57,045 bases of DNA from Hormoscilla sp. (GTDB lineage: Bacteria > Cyanobacteriota > Cyanobacteriia > Cyanobacteriales > Desertifilaceae). The position numbers were made by a program, and so were the translations under genes. This document shows, piece by piece, positions 28,875 through 39,495 of this stretch (position 1 is the stretch's first letter; the number at the start of each line of letters is the position of its first letter). Location: positions 1 through 57,045 of the forward strand of contig JBFRWI010000026.1 in the NCBI GenBank assembly GCA_051439505.1, given 5' to 3'. A model generated the notes under the pieces. It had not been told where the DNA came from. It saw only the letters and a program-made list of their open reading frames with translations, and made no database searches.

Positions 28875-31469
28875 ATGTTCCAGCTCAAAAAGCAAATTGG
28901 CAAATGGCGGGCTGTATTGATTACAGCCCCCTGTATAGCTGGATTAACGATTGTGGCTAGCTCGGCGGGATTATTCCAGCATCTGGAATGGGCCAGTCTG
29001 GATCGATTTTTTCGCCTGCGTCCCCGAGAGCCAGTTGATGAGAGGCTCGTGATTGTGACAATCAATGAGTCAGATATCTCGAAAGTAGGACGTTGGCCTA
29101 TTCCCGATGAGGTATTGGCAGAAGCCCTGGAAAAAATTAAAGCACGGGATCCCCGAGTAATTGGTCTAGATTTGTATCGAGACTTACCGGTAGAACCAGG
29201 ACATAGGCAGTTGGTGGAGGTATTGAAATCGACACCGAACTTGCTGGGGGTGGAAAAAGTGGTGGGAGAAAAGGTGGCCCCACCTCCAAGCTTGGAACAG
29301 CAGGAGCGAGTAGCGATCGCGGACCTGGTGTTGGATGGCGATGGTAAGGTGCGTCGGGCTTTGATATCTGTCAGACTGTCGGGTAAAACGAAATTAAGTC
29401 TGGGAACGCAATTGGCTTTGATGTATCTGCAAGGGGACGGCATCATCCCCGAGACGATCCCCGGCAGCTCGGGACAGATGCGACTGGGTAAGGCGACATT
29501 TATGCCCTTCCAGAGCAATGATGGAGCCTACGTCCGGGCTAATGCTGGGGGTTATCAGATATTATTAAATTTTCGCGGGCCGCGAGAGAGCTTTGCGATC
29601 GTATCCTTAACGGAGCTGCTCAAAGACCGGATCCCACCAGATTTGATGCGCGATCGGATTGTTTTGATTGGTGCTACGGGACAAAGCCTCAACGACCTGT
29701 TCGGTACTCCCTACAGCAGCGGTCTACTTACCAGTCCCAGGCAAACTCCAGGAGTAGTCATTCATGCTAATTTAATCAGCCAGATATTGAGTGGGGCCCT
29801 GGATGGGCGAGCCTTTATCCAAGTCTGGCCCGAACTGAGCGAGTGGCTGTGGGTTTTAGTCTGGTCTTTCATCGGTGCCGCTGGTCCTTGGCAGCTGAAA
29901 AATAATGTATTGGCAAAATGGACTGTGGGAAGTGTTTTCGCGGTTTTGGCAGGGGGGACTTCGATCTCAATCACCTATCTGGCCTTTCTCTGGGGCTGGT
30001 GGATACCCGCAGTTAGCCCCCTCGTGGCTATAACGGGATCGGCGATCGTCATCAGCATGTACTATAGCCGCGAGTTGCAGCACCGAAAAGCCGACCTGGA
30101 AATCTTGCTGGAGACGACTGCCGAACATGCCGATGCCGTAGCAGATGATTTGCGAGCAAAGGCAGAAGAGGCCCTACGCGAAAGTGAGAGAAGACTAGCG
30201 CAATTTCTCGAAGCCGTGCCTGTGGGTATTGGCGTGATCGATGCTACTGGTAAACCCGTGTTTATGAATTCACAGGCCAAAGATTTGCTGGGCAAAGGAC
30301 TCGCACCCGATGCCACGCCCGCAGAACTCTCCGAGGTTTATCAGAATTATATTGCAGGAACCGATAAATTGTACCCCCCGGAAAAATTGCCGATTATGCG
30401 AGCTTTGAGGGGCGAGTATACTAGCGCTGATGATATTGAAATCCACCAAGGAGATAAAATTATCCCCATCGAGGCTTGGGGCACTCCTATCTACGATGGA
30501 TCGGGAAAGATTACCTACGCGCTAGTTGCTTTTAAGGATATCACAGAACGCAAAAAAGCCGAATTAGAACGTCAAAAGTTAACGGAAAAAATGTTACATT
30601 TAAATCGAGCTTACGAACGCTTTGTCCCCAGTCAGTTCCTGGATTTTTTGGACAAGGATAGCATTATCGATGTCGAATTAGGGGACAACGTGCAGCAGGA
30701 AATGTCGATTCTGTTTTCTGATATTCGCGACTTCACTGCCATGTCGGAAAAGATGACTCCAGAAGATAATTTTAAGTTTATTAATGCTTATCTGTCTCGC
30801 ATGGAAGCGGCGATCGCCGAAAATCAAGGCTTTATTGATAAATACATTGGCGATGCGATCATGGCATTGTTTAGCGGTCTGGGTTCCCGGGGTATTGCTC
30901 AAGGAGCGTCCGGGGGAAACAGCAGTGCGGATAATGCTGTTAGAGCTGGAATTGCTATGCTAGAAAAAGTGGCAGAATATAATGTAACCAGGGGCAGACC
31001 GAAACGACCAAAGCTAAAAATCGGTATTGGTATTAATACAGGTTCTTTGATGCTGGGCACTGTCGGGGGTTCAGGCCGCATGGATGGTACGGTAATTAGC
31101 GATGCTGTTAATTTAGCCGCCCGCATTGAAAGCTTGACAAAAGATTATGGCGTGTCCCTGTTGATTTCTCACCATACCCTCTTACAGTTAGAAAATCCTG
31201 ATGATTATGCGATCCGTTTGATCGATCGGGTGAAGGTTAAGGGAAAAGCAGAATTGGTGACGGTATATGAAGCTTTTGATGCCGATCCGCTGGAAATGCG
31301 AGAGGGGAAGTTAACTACTAAAACGATGTTTGAGCAGGCATTAGTATATTATCATATGGGAGAGATAAAAGCAGCAGCAGAAATGTTAAAAAATTGCCTC
31401 CGCCTTACTCCCTGGGATAAGGTGGCGCAAATTTATCTGGAAAGTGTAGTCAGACGAATATATGATTGA
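28875..31469 (+). CDS. CHASE2-TM-PAS-class III adenylate cyclase
   Basis: CHASE2 (RWPIPD, IGLDLYRD, PGVVIHA), 3 TM, PAS; cyclase motifs FSDIRDF, DKYIGD and RMDGTVISDAVNLAARIE all intact. Confidence 0.93.
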   Translation: MFQLKKQIGKWRAVLITAPCIAGLTIVASSAGLFQHLEWASLDRFFRLRPREPVDERLVIVTINESDISKVGRWPIPDEVLAEALEKIKARDPRVIGLDLYRDLPVEPGHRQLVEVLKSTPNLLGVEKVVGEKVAPPPSLEQQERVAIADLVLDGDGKVRRALISVRLSGKTKLSLGTQLALMYLQGDGIIPETIPGSSGQMRLGKATFMPFQSNDGAYVRANAGGYQILLNFRGPRESFAIVSLTELLKDRIPPDLMRDRIVLIGATGQSLNDLFGTPYSSGLLTSPRQTPGVVIHANLISQILSGALDGRAFIQVWPELSEWLWVLVWSFIGAAGPWQLKNNVLAKWTVGSVFAVLAGGTSISITYLAFLWGWWIPAVSPLVAITGSAIVISMYYSRELQHRKADLEILLETTAEHADAVADDLRAKAEEALRESERRLAQFLEAVPVGIGVIDATGKPVFMNSQAKDLLGKGLAPDATPAELSEVYQNYIAGTDKLYPPEKLPIMRALRGEYTSADDIEIHQGDKIIPIEAWGTPIYDGSGKITYALVAFKDITERKKAELERQKLTEKMLHLNRAYERFVPSQFLDFLDKDSIIDVELGDNVQQEMSILFSDIRDFTAMSEKMTPEDNFKFINAYLSRMEAAIAENQGFIDKYIGDAIMALFSGLGSRGIAQGASGGNSSADNAVRAGIAMLEKVAEYNVTRGRPKRPKLKIGIGINTGSLMLGTVGGSGRMDGTVISDAVNLAARIESLTKDYGVSLLISHHTLLQLENPDDYAIRLIDRVKVKGKAELVTVYEAFDADPLEMREGKLTTKTMFEQALVYYHMGEIKAAAEMLKNCLRLTPWDKVAQIYLESVVRRIYD

Positions 31470-31690
31470 GAATTGCTCAATCATATCGTTCCCTGGCGGA
31501 GCCAGGGAACGCTCGTGCTGAGGCTCCCGCCTCTAGTTCGATCTCGTTCCCCGAAGCCTGGTAATAGTAGATAGAGTCTCTCTGAAATAATGGGTATACA
31601 ATTAAAGAAGCCAATGTACTAGATAAAATATGTCTGCTACAGGAGGCAGAGCCTCAAAGTAGCGTTCCGTGGCTGAGCCACGAAACGAGG
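31460..31690. repeat. Cluster of hairpins and REP-like elements between the cyclase genes
   Basis: ATATGATTGAG/CTCAATCATAT stem over the stop codon, CGTTCCCTGGC-GGA-GCCAGGGAACG, and GAGGC...GCCTC pairs. Confidence 0.65.
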
Positions 31691-31761
31691 AAGAATGGGT
31701 AATTAAGATTAGTGAATGTGGCAATTGCTAATTGTTAATTACCAATTAATGATTACAAATT

Positions 31762-33828
31762 ATGTGGAAAAGATTGAGAGAAATAGCTGTAAAATGGACT
31801 GGGTCTGGTCAAAACCCGTTGATCGTTCGGGCGGCCCCCCCAGTCACCGGATCCCCCCAAACCCCCCGATCGAAGGGGGGCTTCCTGCGCTCCCCCTTTT
31901 GGAAGGGGGGGGATCGGATCCAACTAATTTTGACTACACCCAAATGGACTCCTGTATTGATGACAGCGCCGAGTGTGGCAGTATTGATCGTGGGGATGAG
32001 ATTGCTGGGATGGTTGCAGCTATGGGAATGGGCGGTGTGGGATAATTATTGGCGCTGGCGTCCTTTACAACCAAAGGATCCGCATATTGTGATTGTGACA
32101 ATTGATGAGTCAGATATCAAACAGGTAGGGCGATGGCCGATGACCGATGGACAGCTAGCCCAAATATTAAAGAATATCAAGCAACAGCAACCGAGAGCGA
32201 TCGGGATGGACCTGTATCGAGATTTAGCGGTAGAACCGGGTCATCAGCAGCTAGTAGAGGTGTTTAAGTCTAGCCCTAACCTGATTGGGATTACCAAGGT
32301 GGTGGGTAACGATCTGGGTCGTGCGGTCGAACCGCCGCTGTTACTGGGGAAACTAAATCAAATTGGCGCAGCGGATCTGGTAATAGATGCTGACGGTAAG
32401 ATTCGTCGCGGTTTGCTATCTCTGAAGCCGGAAAATGGCGAGACGATCTACGGTCTGGGACTCAGGCTAGCTTTGATGTACTTGGAAGGATCGGGGATAG
32501 AACTATATGCTATAGATGCAGATCGGGGTAAGATAGGGTTGGGTCAGGCGGTATTTGTCCCTTTTCAGAAAAATGATGGCGGCTATGTGGATGCTGATGA
32601 TGGCGGCTATCAGATCGTATTGAACTTTCGCGGACCCCTAGAAAATTTCCAGTCTATATCCCTAACTGATGTTTTTAACAATAACATCCCTGCTGACTTG
32701 ATGCGCGATCGCATTGTTTTGATTGGCGCTAAGGCTAGCAGCCTGAACGATCTGTTCTACACTCCCTATAATAGCAGGACTCGGTTCGATCGCACTCCCG
32801 GAGTCGTGATTCATGCCAATATTATCTCTGGGATCCTGTTTGCGGCCACGGAAGGGCGATCGTTGATTAAATCCTGGTCAGAACCGATGGAATGGCTGTG
32901 GATTTTTATCTGGTCTGGCCTGGGTGCGATTTTGGCGTGGAAGTTGCCAGCTATGCAATGGATAGCTGGCATTTGTCTGGTCTTGGGAGCAAGTCTGGTT
33001 CTGTCCACTTACCTGGCGTTTCTCCAGGGTTGGTGGATCCCAGTTGTGCCACCCCTCTTAGCCCTGGCAGGATCTGTGGTGGCGATCGGGGGTTATATTG
33101 TGAATATGGAACGCCGAGAACGGCAAATGCTGATGAACCTTTTTGGGCGGAATGTTAGCCCCAAAATTGCTGATGCTATTTGGCGCGATCGCCACCTTCT
33201 CTTAGAAGAAGGACGCCTAGCTGGACATCATCTTACCGCTACTGTAATATTTGCTGACTTAAAAGGCTTCGGTGCTATTGCCGAACAAATGGATCCGGCA
33301 GAACTGATGTCTTGGTTGAACGAGTATATGAATACAATGGCCGATATAGTTTTTCAATATGATGGTGTTGTGGACAAGTTTATTGGCGATAAAGTGATGG
33401 CCGTATTTGGCGTTCCCATCCCCCGCACGGAAGCGTCGGAAATTGCATCCGATGCGATCGCTGCTGTTAGTTGCGCTCGCCAAATGGGTCTGAAACTGCG
33501 CGAACTCAATCAGCAATGGCGATCGTCAGGACTCCCTAATGTCGCTATGCACATCGGGATCGCTACTGGGACTGTGGTCGCTGGCAGTCTCGGCAGTCGC
33601 CAACGCCTTAATTATACTACCCTCGGAGATACTGTCAATATTGCTTCGGCTCTAGAACGTTACGACAAATATAAACATGGTGGCGTTTGTCTGATCTTGG
33701 TTTCCCCAGAAACTTATTTCTATATCCAGAACCAGTTTCCTACTCAAGTTCTTGGCACGATCTCCCTTAAGGGCCGTTCTCAACCTCTTAAAGTTCACCA
33801 AGTCTTACTTGATGATTGTCAGTCGTAA
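31762..33828 (+). CDS. CHASE2-TM-class III nucleotide cyclase (degenerate catalytic Arg; in-frame MITE near N-terminus)
   Basis: CHASE2 paralogous to the upstream gene; FADLKGF, DKFIGD and GDTVNIASALE. Confidence 0.9.
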   Translation: MWKRLREIAVKWTGSGQNPLIVRAAPPVTGSPQTPRSKGGFLRSPFWKGGDRIQLILTTPKWTPVLMTAPSVAVLIVGMRLLGWLQLWEWAVWDNYWRWRPLQPKDPHIVIVTIDESDIKQVGRWPMTDGQLAQILKNIKQQQPRAIGMDLYRDLAVEPGHQQLVEVFKSSPNLIGITKVVGNDLGRAVEPPLLLGKLNQIGAADLVIDADGKIRRGLLSLKPENGETIYGLGLRLALMYLEGSGIELYAIDADRGKIGLGQAVFVPFQKNDGGYVDADDGGYQIVLNFRGPLENFQSISLTDVFNNNIPADLMRDRIVLIGAKASSLNDLFYTPYNSRTRFDRTPGVVIHANIISGILFAATEGRSLIKSWSEPMEWLWIFIWSGLGAILAWKLPAMQWIAGICLVLGASLVLSTYLAFLQGWWIPVVPPLLALAGSVVAIGGYIVNMERRERQMLMNLFGRNVSPKIADAIWRDRHLLLEEGRLAGHHLTATVIFADLKGFGAIAEQMDPAELMSWLNEYMNTMADIVFQYDGVVDKFIGDKVMAVFGVPIPRTEASEIASDAIAAVSCARQMGLKLRELNQQWRSSGLPNVAMHIGIATGTVVAGSLGSRQRLNYTTLGDTVNIASALERYDKYKHGGVCLILVSPETYFYIQNQFPTQVLGTISLKGRSQPLKVHQVLLDDCQS
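31801..31941 (+). mobile_element. 141-bp MITE inserted in frame, 14-bp TIR, 9-bp TSD
   Basis: GGGTCTGGTCAAAA...TTTTGACTACACCC, flanked by AAATGGACT at 31792-31800 and 31942-31950. Confidence 0.92.
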
Positions 33829-34171
33829 GTATTGGTTGTTAAGACAAAATCAATTACACTGTCGGGACGTAGGGTGGGCACCTTCGATGTCGAAGGAGAG
33901 CGCTAATCGCACTACTCCGGAGACATCGCCCCACCATTGAGCAGTTAAGCTAACTAGGAGTGAGTGTGTAATTTTTTTGTCCAACTACTTAATAATGAGT
34001 AATCTGAAATTAAAAACAAAGATAAAAGTATGAAGATCGTAAAACCCATAAATTTTTTATCATTGATATATAGATCTGCTTCTGGATTAATTATAGCATT
34101 AAACTAGATTGAATTAGGATGTAAACTGGAAAAGCATCGCGGCAGATCGTGGTAAGGAGAAAGGAGAAAAA

Positions 34172-34597
34172 ATGAAGTTGATGGCAGAACGGGTGGAATC
34201 TCTGAAAGCTGGTATGCTGGCGGCGGGAGTTGGGGCGATCGCCTTCTTATTCACTACTAGCATGAATCGGTGGGTTTTACCAGCAGAAGTTGACTTGATG
34301 TATGATGTTAGTTGGCTGGTGAGTGGGGCGATCGCCATTTTCAGCGGCTTTCTGTTCGGCGTTACCTACCGCTACGTCATCCGCACCGACGAGAACAGTC
34401 ACCTGAAATCTGGTGCTATATTGGCTTTTGGATTGGTACGAGGTTTAGCACAAGTGGACGTCCAATTGCAGAACTTAGCTACTTTCTGGTCATGTGGGAT
34501 TTTGGGATTGGAGAGTATTTTCCTGTTCGCGATCGCGGGTATTACTCTCGACTGGGCAATTCGCCGTCGCTGGGTGAAACCTTTTCTTAATAGCTAA
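34172..34597 (+). CDS. Conserved cyanobacterial membrane protein
   Basis: ERVESLKAG, LFGVTYRYVIR and AFGLVRGLA; AGGAG RBS. Confidence 0.8.
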   Translation: MKLMAERVESLKAGMLAAGVGAIAFLFTTSMNRWVLPAEVDLMYDVSWLVSGAIAIFSGFLFGVTYRYVIRTDENSHLKSGAILAFGLVRGLAQVDVQLQNLATFWSCGILGLESIFLFAIAGITLDWAIRRRWVKPFLNS

Positions 34598-34665
34598 TTG
34601 TTAATGGCTAATTGCTAATAGATGTAGGGTGGGCATCGCCCACCTTAATCGCCCACCTTGGTATT

Positions 34666-35343
34666 TTAACTCAAAACCAATTCCTGAAAATTAGGCTGCC
34701 CGTAGAACATATTCCGATCAATAGCTGAGAGGATTTTATTGTTAGCAGCATCAGAAAGCAAGCATTGGCAAGCTAACTGCGCTACATCAGCGCGATGAAT
34801 TGTGCCTGCAACTTTGTAGTCTTCGGTCAGTACGCCATTGCCAGTTGCGGGTTCGGATTTCAATCCTCCGGGTCGAATAATTATGTAAGTCAGTCCGCTG
34901 GCAATGAGATGCTTTTCTGCCTGTTCTTTCTCAATTAAAATTTCTCGCAGGGCTTCTAATGCTTGTGGTGGTAAGGCGACGACACTCTCTCCACTACCGA
35001 TGGAGGAAATGAGAATAAATTTCCCCACCTTGGCCTTGACCGCAGCGTCGATCAGGTTTTTATTGCCCAGATAATCTGCCCTTTGTTCGTCTTTGGGTAA
35101 ACCGCCAATGGTGCTAATTACCGCACTAATTGGTTCCGTTCCCAGCATTGCTGCTTCCACTTCGGCAACATTGAGGGCATCTCCCTTGACTACCTCAATG
35201 TTCGTTGCTTCCAATTCTGCACGACTTGCGTCCGATCGCAAAATGGCTTTCACTTTTTGGTTTTGTGCTGTCAGGCTGTTTGCGATTTCGCGACCAACTC
35301 CCCGACTCGCACCCGCTAGCAAAATATATGATTCAACTGTCAT
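34666..35343 (-). CDS. NAD(P)-binding atypical SDR/NmrA-like oxidoreductase
   Basis: LAGASRGVG Rossmann motif, IIRPGGL and IHRADVA. Confidence 0.9.
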   Translation of the reverse strand: MTVESYILLAGASRGVGREIANSLTAQNQKVKAILRSDASRAELEATNIEVVKGDALNVAEVEAAMLGTEPISAVISTIGGLPKDEQRADYLGNKNLIDAAVKAKVGKFILISSIGSGESVVALPPQALEALREILIEKEQAEKHLIASGLTYIIIRPGGLKSEPATGNGVLTEDYKVAGTIHRADVAQLACQCLLSDAANNKILSAIDRNMFYGQPNFQELVLS

Positions 35344-35968
35344 TTTTATTTCCTTTTACAACTTTTTGCCCTACCATTACCAACCATGATTGCTTTGTAC
35401 GGGGCAATCCTGGGGGACGATAATAGTGATGGATAATTTCAAATCCTGCCTCTTCTAAGCAAGGAGCCAAGGTTTTATATTCCCATCCTACTACATAGCG
35501 ATCGCCCGTGGGAGCAGGGATGTAACCCTCTCCCTGACCTCTGGCCATGGACATCACTATTACCCCACCTGCAACTAAAGATTCGTGCAAATCTTTGAGC
35601 ACTTTCACCATTTTAGCACTGGGAACGTGAATTAATGAGGCATTGGCAAAGATGCCATCAAAAAAATTCGGGGGCAAATCTAGACTTTCAAAAGATTGCT
35701 GCCAAACTTCACAGCCAGATAGCTGTTGCGCCATCTCTACAAACGCTGGGGTGGCGTCCAGTCCGATCGGGGTATGTCCCAGAGTTTTGAAAGCGATCAA
35801 ATCTCGTCCGGGGCCGCAGCCCATATCCAGTATTTTACCAGGATTTCTGGGCAGGGCGGCGATTAAAGCCTCAATATTTTGAGAGACATCGTGATTCCAG
35901 GTGCCTTCCCGGTACGATTCTGCCGTTGCCTGGTACTCTGCGACTGTGATTTCTTCGTGCTTTTCCAC
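35333..35968 (-). CDS. Class I SAM-dependent methyltransferase
   Basis: ILDMGCGPGRD and FDGIFANASLIHVP; overlaps the SDR start. Confidence 0.9.
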   Translation of the reverse strand: MEKHEEITVAEYQATAESYREGTWNHDVSQNIEALIAALPRNPGKILDMGCGPGRDLIAFKTLGHTPIGLDATPAFVEMAQQLSGCEVWQQSFESLDLPPNFFDGIFANASLIHVPSAKMVKVLKDLHESLVAGGVIVMSMARGQGEGYIPAPTGDRYVVGWEYKTLAPCLEEAGFEIIHHYYRPPGLPRTKQSWLVMVGQKVVKGNKNDS

Positions 35969-36150
35969 AACTTTTTCACTAACACGTCCTTTTTTGATTA
36001 TATAGCAAAGCTACTTTATATGTCAATTTTTTTTCAGATTCCAGGTATGATCGGATTTATAATTGCTATAATGCGGTTGAAACTTATTCACTTCGCTGTC
36101 ATACCGCCGGGGGTTTTAACCCCCGGCTGATAGCATTTAAAAAAAGTCTG

Positions 36151-36411
36151 CTACTCTAGTAATGCCCTGGATGATGGGAATGCTCCCTCATGATTGATTA
36201 CGGGTGAAGACGTGCGATCAGTCATAATGAAGTTTGCTTGCCAATTCATGCGATCGATCAATAATTCGATCTCAATTATGCCCCGTTTGTGGTATGGTAG
36301 GTCAGAACAATATTTCTTGGACAGCCCGAATATGAACCAGATCGCATCAAGCATATTCCAATTAAATTCCGACTTAAATATCTGCAGGATATTTAAGCGC
36401 AGATCGCCCAT
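36151..36411 (-). CDS. Possible small hypothetical protein or remnant
   Basis: ATG immediately after the stop of 36413-36643; no recognisable motif. Confidence 0.25.
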   Translation of the reverse strand: MGDLRLNILQIFKSEFNWNMLDAIWFIFGLSKKYCSDLPYHKRGIIEIELLIDRMNWQANFIMTDRTSSPVINHEGAFPSSRALLE

Positions 36412-36412
36412 T

Positions 36413-36643
36413 TCAGCGCGTTTCCACTCCTGCAGACTTTTCAGATTCAATCTTGAGCAAACGCTTTGCCTTATGCAGTCGGTAACGGTATAGAGGAGAA
36501 GCACGAATCTTTTCCTCTAACTGGGCAATCAGATCGTCAAGAATCAAAATTTCCGCATCAGCTTTTTTGCATATTTCTTCGACTTTAGCTGCTCTTTGCT
36601 TGATTCTTTCCATATCAGGTGGTGGTTGCTGAGTCATAGTCAA
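36413..36643 (-). CDS. Small helical hypothetical protein
   Basis: 76-aa charged, coiled-coil-like ORF. Confidence 0.6.
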   Translation of the reverse strand: MTMTQQPPPDMERIKQRAAKVEEICKKADAEILILDDLIAQLEEKIRASPLYRYRLHKAKRLLKIESEKSAGVETR

Positions 36644-36779
36644 TCACATTTTTGCCTCTTCAGAGGCGATCGCGACAATCATCTTCACTTAATTATTACT
36701 TATTCTCTGTTAATATCCAATAGGCACTTGTACTGAATTTATAGATAACAGTTCTCATCCGTTGTGTGATATGCTATTG

Positions 36780-36853
36780 GAGATTGCTTCGGGGGGGGGG
36801 GTAAATCATAAATCATAAGCTAGTCGCTAATCTCCCCCCCCCTCGCAATGACA
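36780..36853. repeat. Half copy of the 5565-5743 palindromic element
   Basis: GAGATTGCTTCGGGGGG...CCCCCCTCGCAATGACA. Confidence 0.75.
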
Positions 36854-36991
36854 AGTAGGCGATTTTCTGTACTAAATTAAGAGAGAGAAACGCTATGCGA
36901 TCGCCATGCTGTAGCTGGACCAGATACTTTTTGAATTTTGATTTAAAAAATAGGCAAGGGATGTTATATAATCTAGCAGAGTTAGTTGTAA

Positions 36992-38839
36992 ATGAGGAAT
37001 AAAGTGACAAAGGCAAAAACTACCCAGGGTCGGTTAGATACCGGGAAAAGGCGGGTGCATCCGTTAAAGCGCTTGCTGGACTACTCCCAGAATTACCGCA
37101 TGCAAGTATGGCAGGCGATCGCCTGTTCGGTCCTGAACAAAATCTTCGACTTAGCGCCTCCTGCTTTAATTGGCGCAGCAGTGGATGTGGTAGTCAAGGG
37201 AAAAGATTCTCTAATTGCTACCAAGTTGGGAGTCACGGATATCTTCGGACAACTTTTGGTAATTTCCCTACTGTCGGCGATCGTCTGGGGATTGGAATCG
37301 AGTTTCCAGTATGGTTATACTAGGCTGTGGCGGAATCTCGCCCAGACAATTCAGCATAATTTGCGTCTGGATAGCTATAAGCATTTGCAAGATTTGGAAC
37401 TAGAATTTTTTGAAGAGCGCAGCACGGGAGGGTTGATGTCGATCCTCAGCAATGATATTAATCAATTAGAGCGCTTTTTGGATGTAGGAGCTAATCAAAT
37501 TCTCCAGATATGCACCGCAGTAGTCATTGTGGGGGCGACTTTCATTGTGGCGGCCCCGGAGGTGGCCTGGATGGCGATCGTCCCGATGCCATTTATCATT
37601 TTCAATTCCATCGCCTTTCAGCGCCGTCTCGCCCCCCGTTACGCGGAGGTGCGGAAAAAGGTGGGTTTTCTCAACAGCAGGCTGTCTAATAATTTGAGTG
37701 GTATTACTACGATTAAAAGCTTTACTGCTGAGGAGTATGAAGCGGCCCGGGTAGCACAAGATAGCGAAGCTTATCGCCAAAGCAACCGGCGGGCGATCGC
37801 CCTATCTGCTGCTTTCGTACCTTTAATTAGAATGTTAATTCTCTGCGGTTTTACGGGGATATTACTCTACGGCGGCATGGAAACAGCAGCAGGAAGACTG
37901 GCAGTTGGCACTTACAGCGTGTTGGTATTCTTGACTCAGCGGTTACTTTGGCCGTTGGTGCGTTTGGGAGATACCCTAGATCAATATCAACGGGCAATGG
38001 CGTCTACGAAGCGGGTGATGAATTTGTTGGATACGCCCATTACGATCCATCCTGGAGAGATGACCCTGGCAGCAGTGCGGGGTGAGTTGGAATTGCAAAA
38101 GGTAACTTTTGCTTATCGCGATCGCGCCCCAGTTCTCGAAAATCTCTCCCTGAAGATTCCTGCTGGCAAGACGATCGCGATCGTTGGAGCCACGGGTTCG
38201 GGCAAAAGCACGATCGTCAAACTATTGTTGCGGTTTTATGAAGTTCAATCTGGCAGTATTACTCTGGATGGGATAGAATTACGACAACTGCAACTACAGG
38301 ATTTACGTCGAAGTATCGGGTTTGTGAGTCAGGATGTCTTCTTATTCCACGGAACTGTGACTGAGAACATCGCCTATGGCAGTTTCGATGCTACAGAAGC
38401 AGAAATAATTGCCGCTGCACGGGTGGCGGAAGCCCATGATTTTATTGTCCGACTCCCCTACGGTTATGATACCATAGTGGGAGAACGAGGACAAAAGTTA
38501 TCGGGAGGACAAAGGCAGCGGATCGCGATCGCCCGGGCGGTGTTGAAAAATCCGCCAATCTTGATTTTAGACGAAGCGACTTCCGCAGTGGATAATGAAA
38601 CGGAAGCAGCTATTCAGCGATCGCTGGATCGCATTACCCAAAATCGCACGACAATTGCGATCGCTCATCGTCTGTCCACGATCCGCAAGGCCGATCGCAT
38701 TTACGTGATGGAACGGGGTAAAATAGTAGAATCGGGACGACATGAAGAACTGTTAGCACAGTCGGGAATTTATGCTAGTCTCTGGCAAGTGCAAATGGGT
38801 TTAGTTACTCCGCCAGTGGTTCAAAGCTCTGGGGTTTGA
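36992..38839 (+). CDS. ABC transporter, fused permease/ATP-binding (MsbA-like)
   Basis: TM domain; Walker [17 protein letters not shown] and ILDEATS. Confidence 0.95.
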   Translation: MRNKVTKAKTTQGRLDTGKRRVHPLKRLLDYSQNYRMQVWQAIACSVLNKIFDLAPPALIGAAVDVVVKGKDSLIATKLGVTDIFGQLLVISLLSAIVWGLESSFQYGYTRLWRNLAQTIQHNLRLDSYKHLQDLELEFFEERSTGGLMSILSNDINQLERFLDVGANQILQICTAVVIVGATFIVAAPEVAWMAIVPMPFIIFNSIAFQRRLAPRYAEVRKKVGFLNSRLSNNLSGITTIKSFTAEEYEAARVAQDSEAYRQSNRRAIALSAAFVPLIRMLILCGFTGILLYGGMETAAGRLAVGTYSVLVFLTQRLLWPLVRLGDTLDQYQRAMASTKRVMNLLDTPITIHPGEMTLAAVRGELELQKVTFAYRDRAPVLENLSLKIPAGKTIAIVGATGSGKSTIVKLLLRFYEVQSGSITLDGIELRQLQLQDLRRSIGFVSQDVFLFHGTVTENIAYGSFDATEAEIIAAARVAEAHDFIVRLPYGYDTIVGERGQKLSGGQRQRIAIARAVLKNPPILILDEATSAVDNETEAAIQRSLDRITQNRTTIAIAHRLSTIRKADRIYVMERGKIVESGRHEELLAQSGIYASLWQVQMGLVTPPVVQSSGV

Positions 38840-38977
38840 TAGGGCGATCGCATGTTTATGGTTCCCGGGGTCATCCTAGGAACCTGTAAAAGATTGCAAG
38901 AGAAATATTTCAGGGAAAAGCAGCTGCGGAAATTCTGATGGCTTGCTATAATATAATTGTCGGGTTAAGAAATAAAA

Positions 38978-39196
38978 ATGACGAGTACACCAAACACTGA
39001 ACCAACACTGGCAGATGTAGTTGAACAGTTAGGAAAGTTATCGAATGAAGTCGAAAAGTTATCGAATGAGGTCGAAAAGTTTAACGATCGCTTTTCCAAC
39101 TACCAGCAAGCGACTCAATGGGTTGTGCAACTTGCTTTTACTTTAATAGCCAGTGCTACTCTGACAGTCATTATCACGGCGGTGCTGCGGAGGTAA
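38978..39196 (+). CDS. Small coiled-coil protein with C-terminal TM helix
   Basis: KLSNEVE x2 (21-bp repeat) and a hydrophobic tail. Confidence 0.7.
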   Translation: MTSTPNTEPTLADVVEQLGKLSNEVEKLSNEVEKFNDRFSNYQQATQWVVQLAFTLIASATLTVIITAVLRR

Positions 39197-39326
39197 AAAA
39201 AGGCGATCGCCGTAGGGTGGGCACCGCCCACCATCCACCGGTAGTGCGTAGGGACCCGCCCACCATTTCTGGTTCCTAGGTTCAGCCTCCAGTCGATCGA
39301 CATGCAAGATGTAAATTAAAGGTCAG

Positions 39327-39420
39327 TAATATATCTTTACATTGAGGAACAGGCGATCGGATATGATAGAATAGAAGAGTCGATAGCACGCTTAAGCGCG
39401 ATCGGGAAATGAAAACTCAA
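39327..39420 (+). repeat. 94-bp direct repeat, copy 1 (promoter plus first codons of the RelE-like gene)
   Basis: Near-identical to 40539-40632; contains TGnTAGAAT and ATGAAAACTCAA. Confidence 0.92.
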
Positions 39421-39431
39421 GCAAGAATGCT

Positions 39432-39460
39432 TTGCCTCTACAGGGTATTTCGGGTATAAT
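39432..39460 (+). promoter_or_regulatory. Sigma70-type promoter for the 39496 gene pair
   Basis: TTGCCT-17 bp-TATAAT. Confidence 0.6.
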
Positions 39461-39495
39461 TATACTGACTACTGACTACTGACTGAGGATTAGAT

